Shown: positions 1-12,300, counted from the first letter of the stretch. The stretch: DNA of 41,933 bases from Atractiella rhizophila (GCA_021432655.1 MU271582.1:1-41933), one strand, 5' to 3'. Notes: a model not told the origin generated them from the letters alone. Numbers and translations: made by a program.

Positions 1-95
1 ACCCTAACCCTAACCCTAACCCTAACCCTAACCCTAACCCTAACCCTAACCCTAACCCTAACCCTAACCCTAACCCTAACCCTAACCCTAACCCT
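1..95. repeat. Telomere, (CCCTAA)n, about 16 perfect units, left chromosome end
   Basis: Perfect ACCCTA tandem array from base 1 to 95, C-rich on the + strand as expected for a left end. Confidence 0.98.
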
Positions 96-2790
96 CATCA
101 ATCGCTATTGCCGCCGGGTTATTGTTCCCTATGCTGACATATTCCGTATTGTCGATGACGATAGGGCGAAAGAAGTGACGGGCAGACGAAGTCGCTCTTG
201 CTGCTTCCAACACCGTACATCGTGCAGCAGAATGAACTGCATTGGGCCCGTCGTACGTGCGCATCTTTGTTGAAACAACTGCATTTGATTCATACGTTGA
301 CACGACAAAAGTTCTACATCTCTCCGCAATTGCCGCATCCTTCATAGGAAGTCGAGAGGACGACACAGACGATGGAGCGTGTCTTGTAATGATCTCCTGG
401 AGGACGGTTTCAAGCGTCTTTGCAGAGTATACGTAGCCTTCATTCGAAAGTGGAGCTTCTTGGGAAAAGACGTCCTGCACGATCTCTTCGTACGCGCTAA
501 TGGATTGTCTAACAGTCATACCCAACCTTCCGAGCATGAGAGCGATCCATCCTCCCGTGGAAGTGCCGCAGATGAGATCGAAAACATCGCACGGTCGGAC
601 TTCTTCTCCTTCGGGAACGTCGAGGAGATGTCCAACATGGAGCATGACGACTTCCAGCATGTAAAGGGTGGAGAAGGTACAAATCCCTCCGTTGTCGATG
701 GCAAGGATTCTGACACCTTGATCGTTCGCCTTCTTGACATTCTCCGGGACTTTGAAGATTTTAACGGTTTGGACTGGGGAGGAGACGCGCGATGGAAAAG
801 CTGATGGAGTGGGAACCTCCTGCGATTTAGTGCCGAATGGGTTGACGGCGTCCACATCCATGGTTTGCTTAAACTCGAGGACTGGCTTGTTTGGCGTGAA
901 CCCTGGATCATCTGCCTTTCTCTTGGGACGCAAAATATTGTCGGTTTGAACATGAGAGGGGCCAGGGGTTGAGAAAGTTGTGGGAGTAGTAGCTTGTTGT
1001 ATCGATGGGAAATCACAATCCATGTTCATGTCAACGTCTCCATCCAAGTGGTAATCCGCCGCAACCCCTGTAGAAGATGAAGCAATGGCCCCAAACCCGG
1101 CTTCACTCTCAAAGCCGACAAGTATTCCAGCTTGTTGTATCGATGGGAGATCGTTATCCAGGTTCACATCAACATTTCCATCCAAGCTGTCCTCTGCACT
1201 TGCGGAATCTGACATGGGTGACATTTGTAATAGCTGCCCAGGCGGCAGAGATGCTTGAGAAGTTGGCATCATGGTCGAAGAATACGCTGGGCGTTCTATT
1301 CCGTACGAAGCCACATGGCTGACCCTGCTTTTAGACAGTTCATCCTCAGACATAAGTGCTGGCGCGAACTCAGGAAGGTACGATTCGTCAGGGAAGCCGA
1401 GTGTTACCACTATTCATTGGATATCAGACCTGAACGGCTGAGAGCAGATAGTTACCATCTTCCTGTTCCTTAATGCAGTGTTGGCAACCCTCCAACAAGT
1501 CGATTGCTTGCTCAACAGTCCATCCTTCAGTATCGAACGGCCACTTCGACTATGCGCTTTCTTAGCTATTCGGAATGCCCCAAAGGGACAAAGGATACCT
1601 ACCGTTCCGCACAAGGTAGAGAGGTGAATGTCGGAAGAAATGGCGATTTTGTTTTTTGGCCGTAGCTATTAAAGCTTAGCGACAAGCACAGCAGAATGTA
1701 AACCAACGGTACCATCAACATAGCATCGAGAAGAACATCCAAGGGATCAGGAATTTGCTGGAACTGTCAATTAGAAACAATGATGCCTCATGTTAATAAG
1801 TGATTAACTTTTTCACTGCCCGCAATATCGCATACGATTGAGTCAACAGGTTCACCTTCACGGTGTGATGGAGAAGGTGGTCTGGAACCTCGACCTTCAA
1901 CCTTCAAGGGCAGACGCTTGTGCCACCTGACCTTGATCCGACTGATGAACAGAGTTTGATTTCCAACGGGGTATGCTGCTGTAGAAAGAATACCCTTTCC
2001 TGAACATGGCTTCAGAGGAGCAAGGCATGAACAAGCGAGAGAATTACGTGGTTCATGTAAAAGTGGACCATGACGCAGCCTGGCACCTAGATTGTTTCTG
2101 CAGTCACGTCCTATGTCGAATCCCAGCGGTGGGGATTCGAACCTGAGATGAAAGGATTGACCGCTCTGTGCAAAGGTTGCATGAAGCCAATCAAACGCTT
2201 TCACAGCTCCGACTACCATACAGAGATCTCTGTCGTTGGCACAGCGGAACCAGTTATCTAAATCATCTTGCAAAACTTGCTCATAATATCGCCTAAAGTA
2301 GCTCTCTGCTAGAGCTACCCGATCAACTTGGAACCGAGGCGCACGTTGTTTCGTCACGAGGAAAGCTGACACTGAAGAGTGACTTGCAATTTCAGCTGCG
2401 AAAGTGGGGGCGGGAACACTAATTTACGGCTGAGCGCCAAAATTCATTTATGCTCTGAGGAAGAACGTACATAGGCGCAGAGACGTTTACCGCAAAATTT
2501 GTAGATGAGCTTGTGCCTTTATATATGGGCGCCAGTGGACTGCAAGCAGCGTCCACAATGCCGTGATGCAGTGGTGGGTCGCCAGCACCCAACAAAGTGC
2601 GAACGTTTCGTGAGACGACAAATTGACCATCTCGGCAGTACCCGAAATCACCAATTTCACATTCGCCGAAAGGTTGCACCCTTCTCGTCGAGCCAGACGA
2701 ATCCAGCGGAAACATTGGATTAAAGAGGGGGAAATGATGGCGAGTATCGTACATCGTCTTCTCATAGATTTCCAGTTCAGATAACGGCAT
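88..2790 (-). CDS. Six-exon gene (819 aa): gasdermin-like N-terminal domain, low-complexity linker and patatin-like phospholipase domain, 3'-truncated by the telomere
   Basis: Exons 2790-2471, 2418-1809, 1763-1713, 1665-1603, 1549-1456 and 1409-88 are joined by five 45-53 nt GT..AG introns and give one open frame of 2460 nt. Patatin motifs: ILAIDNGG, FDLICGTSTGG, ARATSSA, NNP. N-terminal motifs: PLFNP..EIGDFGY..DGQF..N, LCMVVGAVKAFDW, NQTLFISRI, DPLDVLL..IAISSD. The stop codon TAG comes from telomere sequence. Confidence 0.85.
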
Positions 2791-3387
2791 GGTGGCGAAT
2801 GTCTCCTCTGCGCTGCTTTGACTTTGAGACTAGACTGACTTCTGATCAGAGAGGAATGGTCGACAGTTACGACTTTTATACTGTCACAAGCCAGGTATTT
2901 GATGGATCTAGGCCTTTCTAAGTCTAAAGCATTCGCAGAAATTACGGACAAACTTGAAGGAATTGAAATCGAGAAGCTTTGAGGGTTAGGACGAACGTAC
3001 AAACGGACAAACAACGCAATGACTAAGTCACGTGACTTTATCGTTGCTTTGCAAGTCTAAGGAAAGGAAAGCGCTGGAAGTTATGCTCACTCAGAGCCTC
3101 CCAACAAGAGGAGCTTAAGCAGAGAGGATGGTTAAGAGGTCGAAAATATAACGCGGAAAACTGCTTGTCCACAAACCCGAGACATGAGTAAGGGTGCCCT
3201 CAGACCTTGCTCAGATGCAATGCCTCACGATGTAATGAGTTACTTTGTCCGTTTGTATCCTTAACCCCAATCAGCGCTGACGGTACATCATTTTGACCCT
3301 CTGGTACAACGTACGGTTGTACCAGCGGTAGTGCGGTACATCTTTGCACAATGGTAATCATTTAAGGGGCTACAAAATGACAAATTC

Positions 3388-3760
3388 ATGACACGGCAGT
3401 CTTCTCCGGATAAGATGATCTATTGCAACCGCCCTGATACTGCAACAGCTACGATTCCCCCGACGCTCCTACACTCTGTTTTTGGGAGGTTTCTCTACGA
3501 GTGTGAGACTCACAAAATGACTGCAGACGATAGCGTTTTCGCGATGCGACTGTGCTCCGCCCTGTCAAATTTCTATTCCAAGGACAACAAACGCGCGCAA
3601 GATATATTCGTGACCTTTCGCAAGTTCCGGTATTCATGTCATCCATAGTAGCACAAAGAATTATAATCCGGGCGATATATCCGTCAACGGTTTCCGTTAT
3701 GCTATTGCCGAGTGCAAGAACGAAATCGGGCAAACTGGTCGCCCTGAGGGTTTTGCGAAA
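3388..3760 (+). pseudogene. Fragment of a Crinkler-associated restriction-endonuclease-fold (REase) domain
   Basis: CNRP..IPPTLLHSVFGRFL..C...LCSALSNFY..R, then in another frame GDISVNGFRYAIAECKNEIG (D..ExKNEIG). Broken by frameshift or stop. Confidence 0.65.
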
Positions 3761-3971
3761 GCGGCCGAAGGAGGCCAGGTCCAAATGGTTTTGCGCTTCG
3801 GTTTTGGTCGACCAGTTTTAAATCCGACGGGCTCAGACACCTGGGGCGACGTGTCTGCTCGTGACACCACACGAAACCCGCCACTTTTCCAATTCGTTCC
3901 GATACTCCTCTTCAAATAATTCGGAGAAAACACTTGGGGTCAGAGGTTGAGGCTGACCGTGCTTTGCAAGT

Positions 3972-5296
3972 TTGCTGTCGGCACTAGATATCTATCGAGG
4001 AGGGAGAGGCCAGGTGCGCAACGATTGTGACGACTCTGGCTATGGCATCCAGTGTGATGGAATATTGACATTTCAAGATGAATCAAAATCCATTCTTGAG
4101 GTCAGGTCAACCGTTGCTTACAACTACTATGCACCAAGGATAGTTAACCTTGCTCGTGGAGAGAACAATCAAGGAACTGCCTTAGGGATTAGTAATTGTC
4201 TGGAGAGTGACGAAAGGTCTATCATCTTCAAGGTCCACGTCTCACTTACAGAGAGATTGACGTCTTCTCAACCCGTTCCTCCTTCGTCTAGCTCGGAATA
4301 AAGATGATACACAAATGAACGAGATTTGGATTACTGTTCGATGGTCTCCATGCCATTGTTTTGGAGAAAATCTACCTTCCAACCTACCTCGGTTTTATCT
4401 CGCGTGCTCCGATGTCTACTCCGTCTTGAATACCCCCATTTCTCAAACTGCTCTTCGGGCTGTCCTTGGGAGATGACCTTGACATCCGACGACATACAAA
4501 TGGCTTCGTTCCGCCGGTCCCTGCCCCACTGCCGCCGACCAACGAGAAACCTTTGACACGACTCCGACCTTCTTCCTCTTCAACGACCCGTTATAATTTA
4601 CGGTCCAGTCGCAGGAAACAACAGGCTTTCACACCTGTATGTCTCGAAATAAGCACCGTCCGATTTCCGGCATCTTGTTATCCTGAGCATGCATTCCAGT
4701 TGACAGATGTTTGGCCTGAAGGGAAAGGTCGTGGAAATTGTGTTGCTCAGCTGGAAATTTGGTCACTTCATGGTAGCGGTGGCGGTAGCGTGGTTTATGA
4801 AGGCTACATTATCGACGGAGAAGGCTACTCCATGCGAGTGGCAGTTAAGCTCTTTGACGAGACGAAGCGCGATTGCTTTGAACGCGAGTCGATAGCTTAC
4901 CACCTTCTGGAGAACTATCACGGGGACGCGGTGCCGATGGTTTATGGCATTTACACCTTCCGGAAGGGTATGGGATTGTTATGGAGTTTTTAGAAGGGGG
5001 GTCGGAATGTCAGGACAGGAAGGTTATGACATCGCAAAGGAGGCTAGTACGCAGACCCCCTACAATTGTTCTAGAGACATAAATTGGTCACAGGTTGGAA
5101 CTCATCACAGCGATCAAGAAAATCCGGAATTCTTCATGGCGATGTGGAGATGCGCAACGTGTACTTAGGAGAGTCAAGAAACTACTTTTACGACTTCTCA
5201 TATTCATGGACGACTAAAAGGGTTGCAACTCCGGCAGCGATGGAGCGAGAAATAGAACATTTGGAGACCCTGCTTGAAATGGACGAAGGCAATTAG
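3972..5296 (+). pseudogene. REase-like plus atypical protein kinase gene, disrupted
   Basis: CDGILTF...ILEVRS (PD-(D/E)xK-like), Gly loop GSGGGSVVY, VAVKLF, FERE, then a frameshift to IVMEFLEG, and HGDVEMRNVY..YDFSYS. Contains stops and frameshifts. Confidence 0.65.
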
Positions 5297-6035
5297 CATG
5301 TGCTCATTCGCATTCCTCCTATAAAATTCATTGTGAATTTTTAAAGATCAATCAAGGATCGCCACGAATTCCCCGCCCCCTTCCAGTTATTGCCTAATAT
5401 TCGTACACATTCTGTCATAATAGCTGCATGGCACGACGCATTGAGAAACTCTTTTTGTGCAAAATCAAGCACAAGGTTCTCATTTTCACAAGTCATATTC
5501 ACTTTTGTCGTCTTACTGTCATCTTGTCAATCTTAGTTTTGCCATCTACTAGTAACTGCATTACCAAACTTACACATAACACCCCTCTTGCAATATCCTC
5601 TTCCCTCTACTACTGGCCGACCACATTCTCGTCCCTCACTTTCCACTCTTCTCTCCGTTTTCCCTCCCTTCTCTCCGGCACCCACGCCTAATCGTCCCAC
5701 TTCATCTCGGCCGCTCTCCCTCTGCTGTGGAGTGGATGGAGGGAGGAAGGGAAGAGTGGGAGGAAGACGGGTTCGGACGGAGGGAGACGCTGGGTCACTG
5801 GGCACTGGCAGGGAACAGGTATTTATGGTGCCATTTGGGAGTGACGGTCACTAAAGCATACCTGATGTAATGCGATGCGTTACAGATCCAAAACAGACGT
5901 AGTTTACAATGGATAGAGGAACAAACGAAAGAATGCTTTGTGTATACGTAGAGAAAGATGAATAATGATGATGGACGGGATGACGATAATGTGCGAGACA
6001 CAAAAAGCTTCCTTTCTACCAAGGAAGACAGGTAC

Positions 6036-9000
6036 TACTTGGGAGGCGCTGCTGGCGCCTTCCCTTCTCCCCTTCGCTGCTTTTGAAGCTCCTTCCTCAA
6101 CACCTCGGTCCATAGAGGTCGCTTCAGTATCCGCTCCAAAATATTACTTTCGCCATCCACTCCCGCTTCTCTTCATCTGCACCAGCATAGAAATGCACCT
6201 CGCTCTTATCATTGAATATGAGGCGGAAGGAACGTAAACATGCATGTACTCGTCGTCGTCATCGTTCGCAATCGAAGTGAGCAACGTGAGGTTATTGTCC
6301 TCGATCGCAACGACTTTGAGAAGGTCAAGCTGGAACATGGGGGACGACGTCGTTGAAGGCTCGTAACCGTGCGCCTTTCAGTTGCATGCACTGACGTCTC
6401 CAAGTCTATGCTGAAATCAGAAATTACAGCTTGTGGATAGTGTGCCTTACCAAGTCTCGGGTTGAGGAATCCCTCATGAGACTGTGTCATGCCACACTAG
6501 GCCCTTAAGCCCAAACATTGCCTTGTCCAAGTTGATGGGACCAGCCTTGCGACCAATTCCGGGAAGGTAAGGTAGGCGCAGAATCTCTAATTCCACGGGT
6601 CCGATGGGTTTCTGACCTCCCTTCCCCATGGGTTCCCCATAAGAGCTGCTAATCGCCGTACTGGATCCACTGGATCCACTGGAGGAACTTCCGCTGCTCT
6701 GTGACCTGAGCTTCAATGACTGTGAACGCAGTGTCTCGTGAGACGCGATCATTTCCGCTGATAGGAGACATTAGCGGCTGAAGGATTCTTCGTTTTCGTA
6801 GGTAAGAGCTTTGCAGTTGTTCTGTCAAGGAATCGATGACCGTGCGAGCGAAAACACCGTCGTTGCGACAGTGATATAGGAGGGATTCCCTCGAGAACGT
6901 CGGTGGAATTTGTTCCCGGGCTGGGAAAGATTTTGCGGCCTTCTTTGGCGAGCCAAAGAGTCTGCCAAGCCAAGAACGATATTTCGATTCGGTGGATGTT
7001 GGAGCGACTGGTCGAGGGGGAAGGAGGTGGATATCGCGGTTAGGGTCAATTTGGAGGTGGAACCGGAGAGAACATGTCACCCGGGGGGCGTAGTTACTGT
7101 TACTTGTGAAATTAGGCGCAGACTCACAGTTCCCATTCTTGATTCAAGGGAACATCGCGCCAACCGAAACGTATCCTTTGTCAAAACGTCTGTTTCTCCG
7201 TTTGACACAGGTGAAAAAGGTAGGTTTTGTGGGTACGAGTAGACCAGCAAGTCCCATTTTTGTGACTAAAACTGGAAGAGAAACCGTTCGTGAATAGCAG
7301 AGACGACGCACGTTTGACGAAAACTACCCCATGTCTGCTGCGTACAGTCTCCGCTCGCTGAAGTCGAAGTTGCTCAGTCATCTCGCTCTGCCTCAGCTTC
7401 AACGACAGTCCTGAGCCAAAAAAGATGAAACCTACAGCATCGCTCGAATGAACTTTCCCACAGTCGACGTCCCCAGCGTTTTCAACACTACCAACAGTGG
7501 CAGCAGTAAAACGGCCTCTCGCTCGACGGCGCGATACTTTGTCTGTACAAATCAATGCGGCATTAGACAAGAGAGGACAGCAAAGAGGCGTACATCGCTA
7601 CCATCTGCTACACGCTCAAATTCTCTCCTCAGATTTTCTACAAATGCCGGTCCAGGAGTAGGTAGAAGGACGTCAGGCAGTATCGCGGGTTCGCTATCTG
7701 TTCGCGGAGCAGAGGTAGATGGGGCGAGTGACACTGTTAGTTTCTCTTCTTCTACTGTTGGGTGGCGCGTCTGTCCACAAACTTTGAATTCGCAATAAAG
7801 AATGAGGAAATAGAGGAAGCACGAACCCTCTGAACCTGCATATCCTCCGCATCCCCAGTGCTGAGACTCCTTCCCTTCCGTTCGCCCTCCTACGCGCAAT
7901 GATCTCCTTCTCCTTTTGCCCAGGAGTCATTGCTCCACCCTTGCTGCCTGCACATTACCGCCACCTCCTATCCCGGACAGATTGCTCTGCTCGCTGACCA
8001 TTCGACGATGCCCTCCCATATCGCTGACCAGCCTTTCGAGCGGAGATTCGGCAGGAAGAGGTGTGAGTAGCGACAAGTGTAGAGGGAGAATTCGCAGAGC
8101 TACAGGCTGCGGAGCGGGCGCGTCAAGCAGCTGAGGTGAAGGCACTGGAGATGGTTTAAGAGGCAGAGAGGGCACACGGGCATCAGGCGCTGATTCAACA
8201 TTGTAGTTCGCGAGTGGATCCACAAGTCCAGCTTCCTCCAGCCTCTTTTGTTTCATCCGCCCATGAATCCCGTCCCTCGTATTCCTCGTACGTCCTCTAA
8301 AGCTTCCTCCTCCACCTCCACTACGCGAAAGCGACGACACAAGCACAGAATTCTTGCGCTCCAAAAATCCTCCTAAATCTCCAAGTCCACCGCCTGATAA
8401 CAGATCCAGATCCGGCAGAGGGTAAAGTGAGGACATCGAGAGGGATTTTGGCATGTGCAAATAATTCGTGTTGGGAACGGAGGGAGCCTTGAAACCTTGG
8501 TAAGCGAATTGAGTGAGGTGGATGATGCGAGGGGAGCTGGCGGAGCGGAGGAGCTGGGGAGGCGAGGGAGAGGACGTTGCGTTGGCGGGGAGGAAGACAT
8601 GGGCTGCGCCTGTGGCGCTATTACGTCTTGTTGGTGTTCCTCGATAGCAAACTCGATAACATAACCGTCGCCTACTTCTTCCTCCTCTCTATCCTCCAAG
8701 ATTCTGAGGTCAATTTTCTCGCCCCTTCTTAATCCGAGACCAGAAAACTGCCCATCGCTCTCTTCCCGAGGACGCGGCAGGCCCTCCAAGACTTAGCAGG
8801 TGACGAAGGGCGGGGTGCAGTTTGAGAGAGAGTCGGGCTAAGACGTTCATCATGAAGGAAATCGTCAATCATCTCCATCGAGAACCGCGAATCATCAATG
8901 GAACCCATGGAGGAACGCGAACCATTTTAGCGGAAAGAGAAATATGAGGAGTTGTCGTCCTCTCAGACATCGCGACGCCCGAACTGTGGCAGGGATAGGG

Positions 9001-9155
9001 AGTTTCTCTCCCTCAATGATCAACTTCCGAAGGCGGATGGTCGATGGATCAGGCGAGACGGATGGAGGAATGACGGGAGAAGGGGAGGGAGAGACAACTG
9101 GTTCTGAAGGAGGCGGATCTTTTCCCCTAGGAGGCTGGAGACGAAGCGACGTCAT
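6036..9155 (-). pseudogene. Degenerate Bud4/Mid2/anillin-like gene (anillin-homology plus PH region)
   Basis: Fragments in changing frames: AGDVDCGK, HGVVFVK, LRFHLQIDPNRDIHL, FARTVI, LEILRLPYLPGI..GLKGLVWHDTVSHEGFL, LDLLKVVAIED, KREWM..PLW. Many frameshifts. Boundaries are approximate. Confidence 0.65.
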
Positions 9156-12100
9156 GCATTTCTTTTTTTGCACGATTGCCCCCAAGCGAATGAACTTACA
9201 CATACTATGAGTGAGGAAAGTGAAGGGAACAGTTCCTACAAGTCCTACCGCGATTGCAAGATGATACCAGTACGAAGCAAACTGTGTCCCAAACGTTCGC
9301 GAAATAACCACGAATGCAAAGTGCCGCGAAGCGACCACAGTTGTAAGTAATGGCGAAGCGAACTGGGCTTTGAGAGTTCGCGAAGCGAACACTATTGCAA
9401 ACTCTCGCTGCACGAAACGTTAGCAAGCAGTAGAGAAGCGAACCGAAGGAGATGGTGGGCAGTTGCGAAGCAAACGCGATCGTGAGCAGTCGCGAAGCGA
9501 ACGCGACCGCCACCAGTCGCGAAATCCTTTGCAACCTCTCGCGAGGAGAGCATTTGGCTAAGCTGCTATGAAGGGTTGGGTTTCGCGAAGTGAACAAGAT
9601 TGCAGCTCTTCATTCTTGCCAGCTGTCTCCGCACGAACACGATTGTGAGCAGTCGCGAAGGGAAAACATTCGCAAGCTCTCGCGAGGAGAACATTTTCGG
9701 CAAGTTGCCACCAAGGGTTAGGTCTCTCGAACACAACACGATCCCAAGCAGTCGCGAAGAGAACACGACTGCGAACAGCCGCGAAGCGAACACGAATCTC
9801 AGCAGCCGCAAAGCGAAATCGTTTGCAAACTCTCGCGAGAACATTGGGCAAGCTGCCACGAAGGGTGATAACTTGAAGTTTAAGAGAGGGGCGAGGTGCG
9901 AGGCTGCGAGGTACGAGACCAAACCAATAAGAATGTGGTCTAGCTATGTAAAGGTGAAATACATTACCTGCGAGGTGCGAGACCAAACCAATAAGAATGT
10001 GGTCTCGCACTCGCAGGGGTTAGTCATACAATGTGACTGATTTGGCCGGACTAGTGTCAGCTGGAGTTGGAAAGCTGAAAGACACTGAGAAAAGAAATAG
10101 AAGTATACCAGGGATAAACATCTGACCCGATACGGCTCATCGCTAAACCCGCCACTCTTTTGCAAATCGTAGTAGAAGGAGACAACTTCAGAGACGACTT
10201 AACATTTCAGAAAACTTCCAATCTGGCTGGCGCCTGCTGGGTGTAGTCTTTTCTGCTGAAAGGGTAGATTAATTTGTAATCACATGGCGGGATAAGAATG
10301 GACAAACTTGTATTTACTAACAGGCTAAGTGTTCGCTCCGATGCCTCTCTTTTTTGTGTTTCGAATCATTCCACTCATTCCACTGAGTTCTAGCGCAGAG
10401 CTGGTCGAGAGTTAGGATCGGGGAGAGTCAGTTGCGTGGCAAGCTTCAAAAGTTTGTGATTTTCTGGGAGATACGGGCTAAAGAAACGAAGGATGATGCG
10501 TCCTGTCGCCCACAAATCGGCAGGGATAGGGTGGAATGTCCGTTTCGGTCCTCCACTTTCGCCAACTTCTGGGGCAACCCACGTCTCGTTCCCCTGAAGC
10601 CTTCTAAAACCGTGTGAGAATTAACTCGTACAGATAAACCAAAGTCGATAATTTGGAGAGTGTCGCCAATAACAACAAAGTTTTCTGGTTTCAGATCCAA
10701 GTGCGCAAAGTCATGACTGTGTATGAATGCGACGCCTTCAATGAGTTGTTCGCAGAGACGAATGGCTAAAGCTGGGTCCAGATGTCCTTCCAAATCACGC
10801 AAGGGAACTCCAAGCGGAAGAATCAGGAGCAGGTCATCTTCACATTCCAACAGGTCGATGATTTTGATCGTATGATTTCTTGAGTCGTCAATTTGAGCAA
10901 GGGAACGGTGAATCGCAACTTCTTCGTGGTCTTCAACGACCTTGACGATAAATCGCTGTCCTCCTCGACAAACTTCTGCGACAAGCGAGGAAGAAAGTGA
11001 CGACTACATTATTGAGATCAGTGATGAAAGGACCGAGTTGGCAAATACGGACCAGACTTGAGGTGGTCCATCTCTTTAAACCCTGGGGTTGTGGCAGGGC
11101 AAGGGAGTAGCCTGCATCAGAGCCGTCTGTACGGGACCTCTCAGTTTTTTGCGGCTCCATGGTCACCGGACTGGCGATTTTCTTTATTTTCAGAATCTTT
11201 GCGCCTTTTGCTGACTTCTGAGCGGAAAGCTTCAAACCCTCCTACTTGTTCTTTCAGACCTTGCTCAATCTCCTGCACGTTAATTTTTTTCTCCCAGTCA
11301 ATCACAGCTGTCAAGTTGTACAGCTCGAGGGGAAACGTGAACGCTCCATCCTTTGTGAGGAGGGAATAATCGTCCCGTCGGTATACAACTTTCCCCTGTA
11401 AAAAGATCAGAGCAAGGAGCTAAAGAGCGAAATCTACGTACGCTAGGATTCTTAATATCCTCACTACACATCAAATATCGCCTAACCGTCAGATCGCGGT
11501 CCACGTAGCAACAAATGATGACAAAGGGCCACGATTCTTTTTCGCTCTGGTTAATGGCATATTGCGCAATCCTAACGACAGTAGCCCCTTCGAGCAGCAT
11601 TCGCGCTTGGTCCTCTTCCTTCTCTTGCTTCGATTCCGCCACCGACTGAACCTCAACGATAAATCTGGGGATTTCACCCACGCGAAACTCAGGGCAAAAT
11701 CTATAGCGGGCAATTTGCCCGTGTTCGTTGTTTTCGACGACAGGTAACAAGTGGAATGTCCATTGTTTATCGCTGTAAATGAAGTCTCAGCTCTATCCCA
11801 CAACCCAAGCCGCATACGATAAAAAGAACAAGTTTTGCACCATTTTCAACCCCAATCGCTCAGCTAGCTCGGCTGCCACAATTTCCATGTACGTCGCGAG
11901 GAAGTATCCTTCTTTGTACTCGCGATAACGGTCAAGGCTCATATCCACATGGGTTTCAAGCGCCGAATGATAATGTCCAAGTTCTTTCCTGGTTACCGTC
12001 CGGTTTGAAGGCGTCTGAGAAGGAAACTGGTTTTGAACTTGGCGCGCAAATTGAAGGTAGGGCTCTATTGCTGCTCTGAAAGCAGAGGCAAGACGAAAAT

Positions 12101-12300
12101 TCGACCCAATTCCTTTTTGGCATCGTTGAGCACTGGGGACACACCGTGAGCGTCAATAATGTGGTTCATCTCGAGCAGTTTATCGTGAGGGAGAAACGAT
12201 CCACGTTTCTCAGCCTGGAATTGCGCAAGTAATTAAATACCGTTAAGGTTTTCGGTATTACGCCGCCAAACTAGTAATGTAGTTAGCAGTCCTGTTAAAG
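8760..12300. repeat. Segmental duplication, copy A (direct repeat of 20341-24271)
   Basis: Starts CTCTTCCCGAGGACGCGGCAGG at 8760 and 20341. Similarity is colinear through AGTTAGCAGTCCTG at ~12294 and ~24265, with one non-matching interval (9868-10028 versus 21449-21961). Confidence 0.95.
9270..9865. repeat. Degenerate ~27-bp CpG-rich minisatellite (CGCGAAGCGAACACGATTGCGAGCAGT-like), copy A
   Basis: CGCGAAGCGAAC and TCGCGA recur at about 27-bp spacing. Confidence 0.85.
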
